Assembly (NCBI RefSeq): GCF_006345805.1
Contig: NC_043025.1
Location: 6,696,001 to 6,760,000 of the forward strand
Direction of reading: 5' to 3'
DNA length: 64,000 bases
Source: Octopus sinensis
Lineage: Eukaryota
Shown here: one piece after another, positions 63,332-64,000 of the stretch
How positions within the stretch are numbered: the stretch's first letter is position 1
How the letters are laid out: every line of letters begins with the position of its first letter
Program-made: the position numbers and the translations under genes
The notes under the pieces: generated by a model
Database searches by the model: none
Seen by the model: the letters and a program-made list of their open reading frames with translations, nothing else
Told to the model about the DNA's origin: nothing

Positions 63332-64000
63332 GGCGTAGGAGTGGCTGTGTGTAAGTAGCTTGCTAACCAACCACATAGTTCCGGGTTCAGTCCCACTGCG
63401 TGGCATCTTGGGCAGGTGTCTTCTGCTATAGCCCCGGGCCGACCAATGCCTTGTGAATGGATTTGGTAGACGGAAACTGAAAGAAGCCTGTCGTATATAT
63501 GTATATATATATATATAGGCGTAGGAGTGGCTGTGTGGTAAGTAGCTTGCTAACCAACCACATAGTTCCGGGTTCAGTCCCACTGCGTGGCATCTTGGGC
63601 AGGTGTCTTCTGCTATAGCCCCGGGCCGACCAATGCCTTGTGAATGGATTTGGTAGACGGAAACTGAAAGAAGCCTGTCGTATATATGTATATATATATA
63701 TATATAGGCGTAGGAGTGGCTGTGTGTGGTAAGTAGCTTGCTAACCAACCACATAGTTCCGGGTTCAGTCCCACTGCGTGGCATCTTGCGCAGGTGTCTT
63801 CTGCTATAGCCCCGGGCCGACCAATGCCTTGTGAATGGATTTGGTAGACGGAAACTGAAAGAAGCCTGTCGTATATATGTATATATATATATATATAGGC
63901 GTAGGAGTGGCTGTGTGGTAAGTAGCTTGCTAACCAACCACATAGTTCCGGGTTCAGTCCCACTGCGTGGCATCTTGGGCAGGTGTCTTCTGCTATAGCC
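63332..64000 (+). mobile_element. Tandem array of SINE-A heads (at least 4 x 186-191 bp, runs off the window)
   Basis: GGCGTAGGAGTGGC at 63332, 63518, 63707 and 63898, separated by (TA)n. Confidence 0.9.

Overview
Eukaryotic, repeat-dense animal DNA, most likely an octopus/coleoid cephalopod. This is inferred from the [16 protein letters not shown]-type poly-zinc-finger genes and the SINE repertoire, not from a database search. Three C2H2 zinc-finger genes lie in tandem on the minus strand: (i) a large AT-hook + dispersed-C2H2 gene (3496-8899) split into two ORFs that one extra A would join into about 1790 aa; (ii) a 25-finger gene (27062-29406); (iii) its ~24-finger paralog (~43330-45619). 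All three carry 1-nt contractions in short homopolymers, which points to long-read consensus errors rather than pseudogenes. The two poly-ZNF paralogs share a first exon (YY1-like motif, GTAGGT donor), a CCAAT-containing upstream box and a ~375-bp near-identical tract suggestive of gene conversion, but their other recognition helices diverge. The rest of the window is transposable elements: several SINE families, CR1- and RTE-type LINE fragments, Helitrons, DD37D and pogo-like transposase relics, and hAT, mariner, piggyBac-type and TTAGGG-containing MITEs. There are also many local tandem arrays and a ~7.7-kb (CAC/CAT)n array at 55.4-63.1 kb. No rRNA, bona fide tRNA or CRISPR array was seen. 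I found no clearly new biological system. The best leads are composite piggyBac-MITE arrays with a shared captured spacer, templated inverted copies at retro-insertion 5' junctions, and ZNF paralog evolution. Repeat coordinates were read by eye and are approximate.
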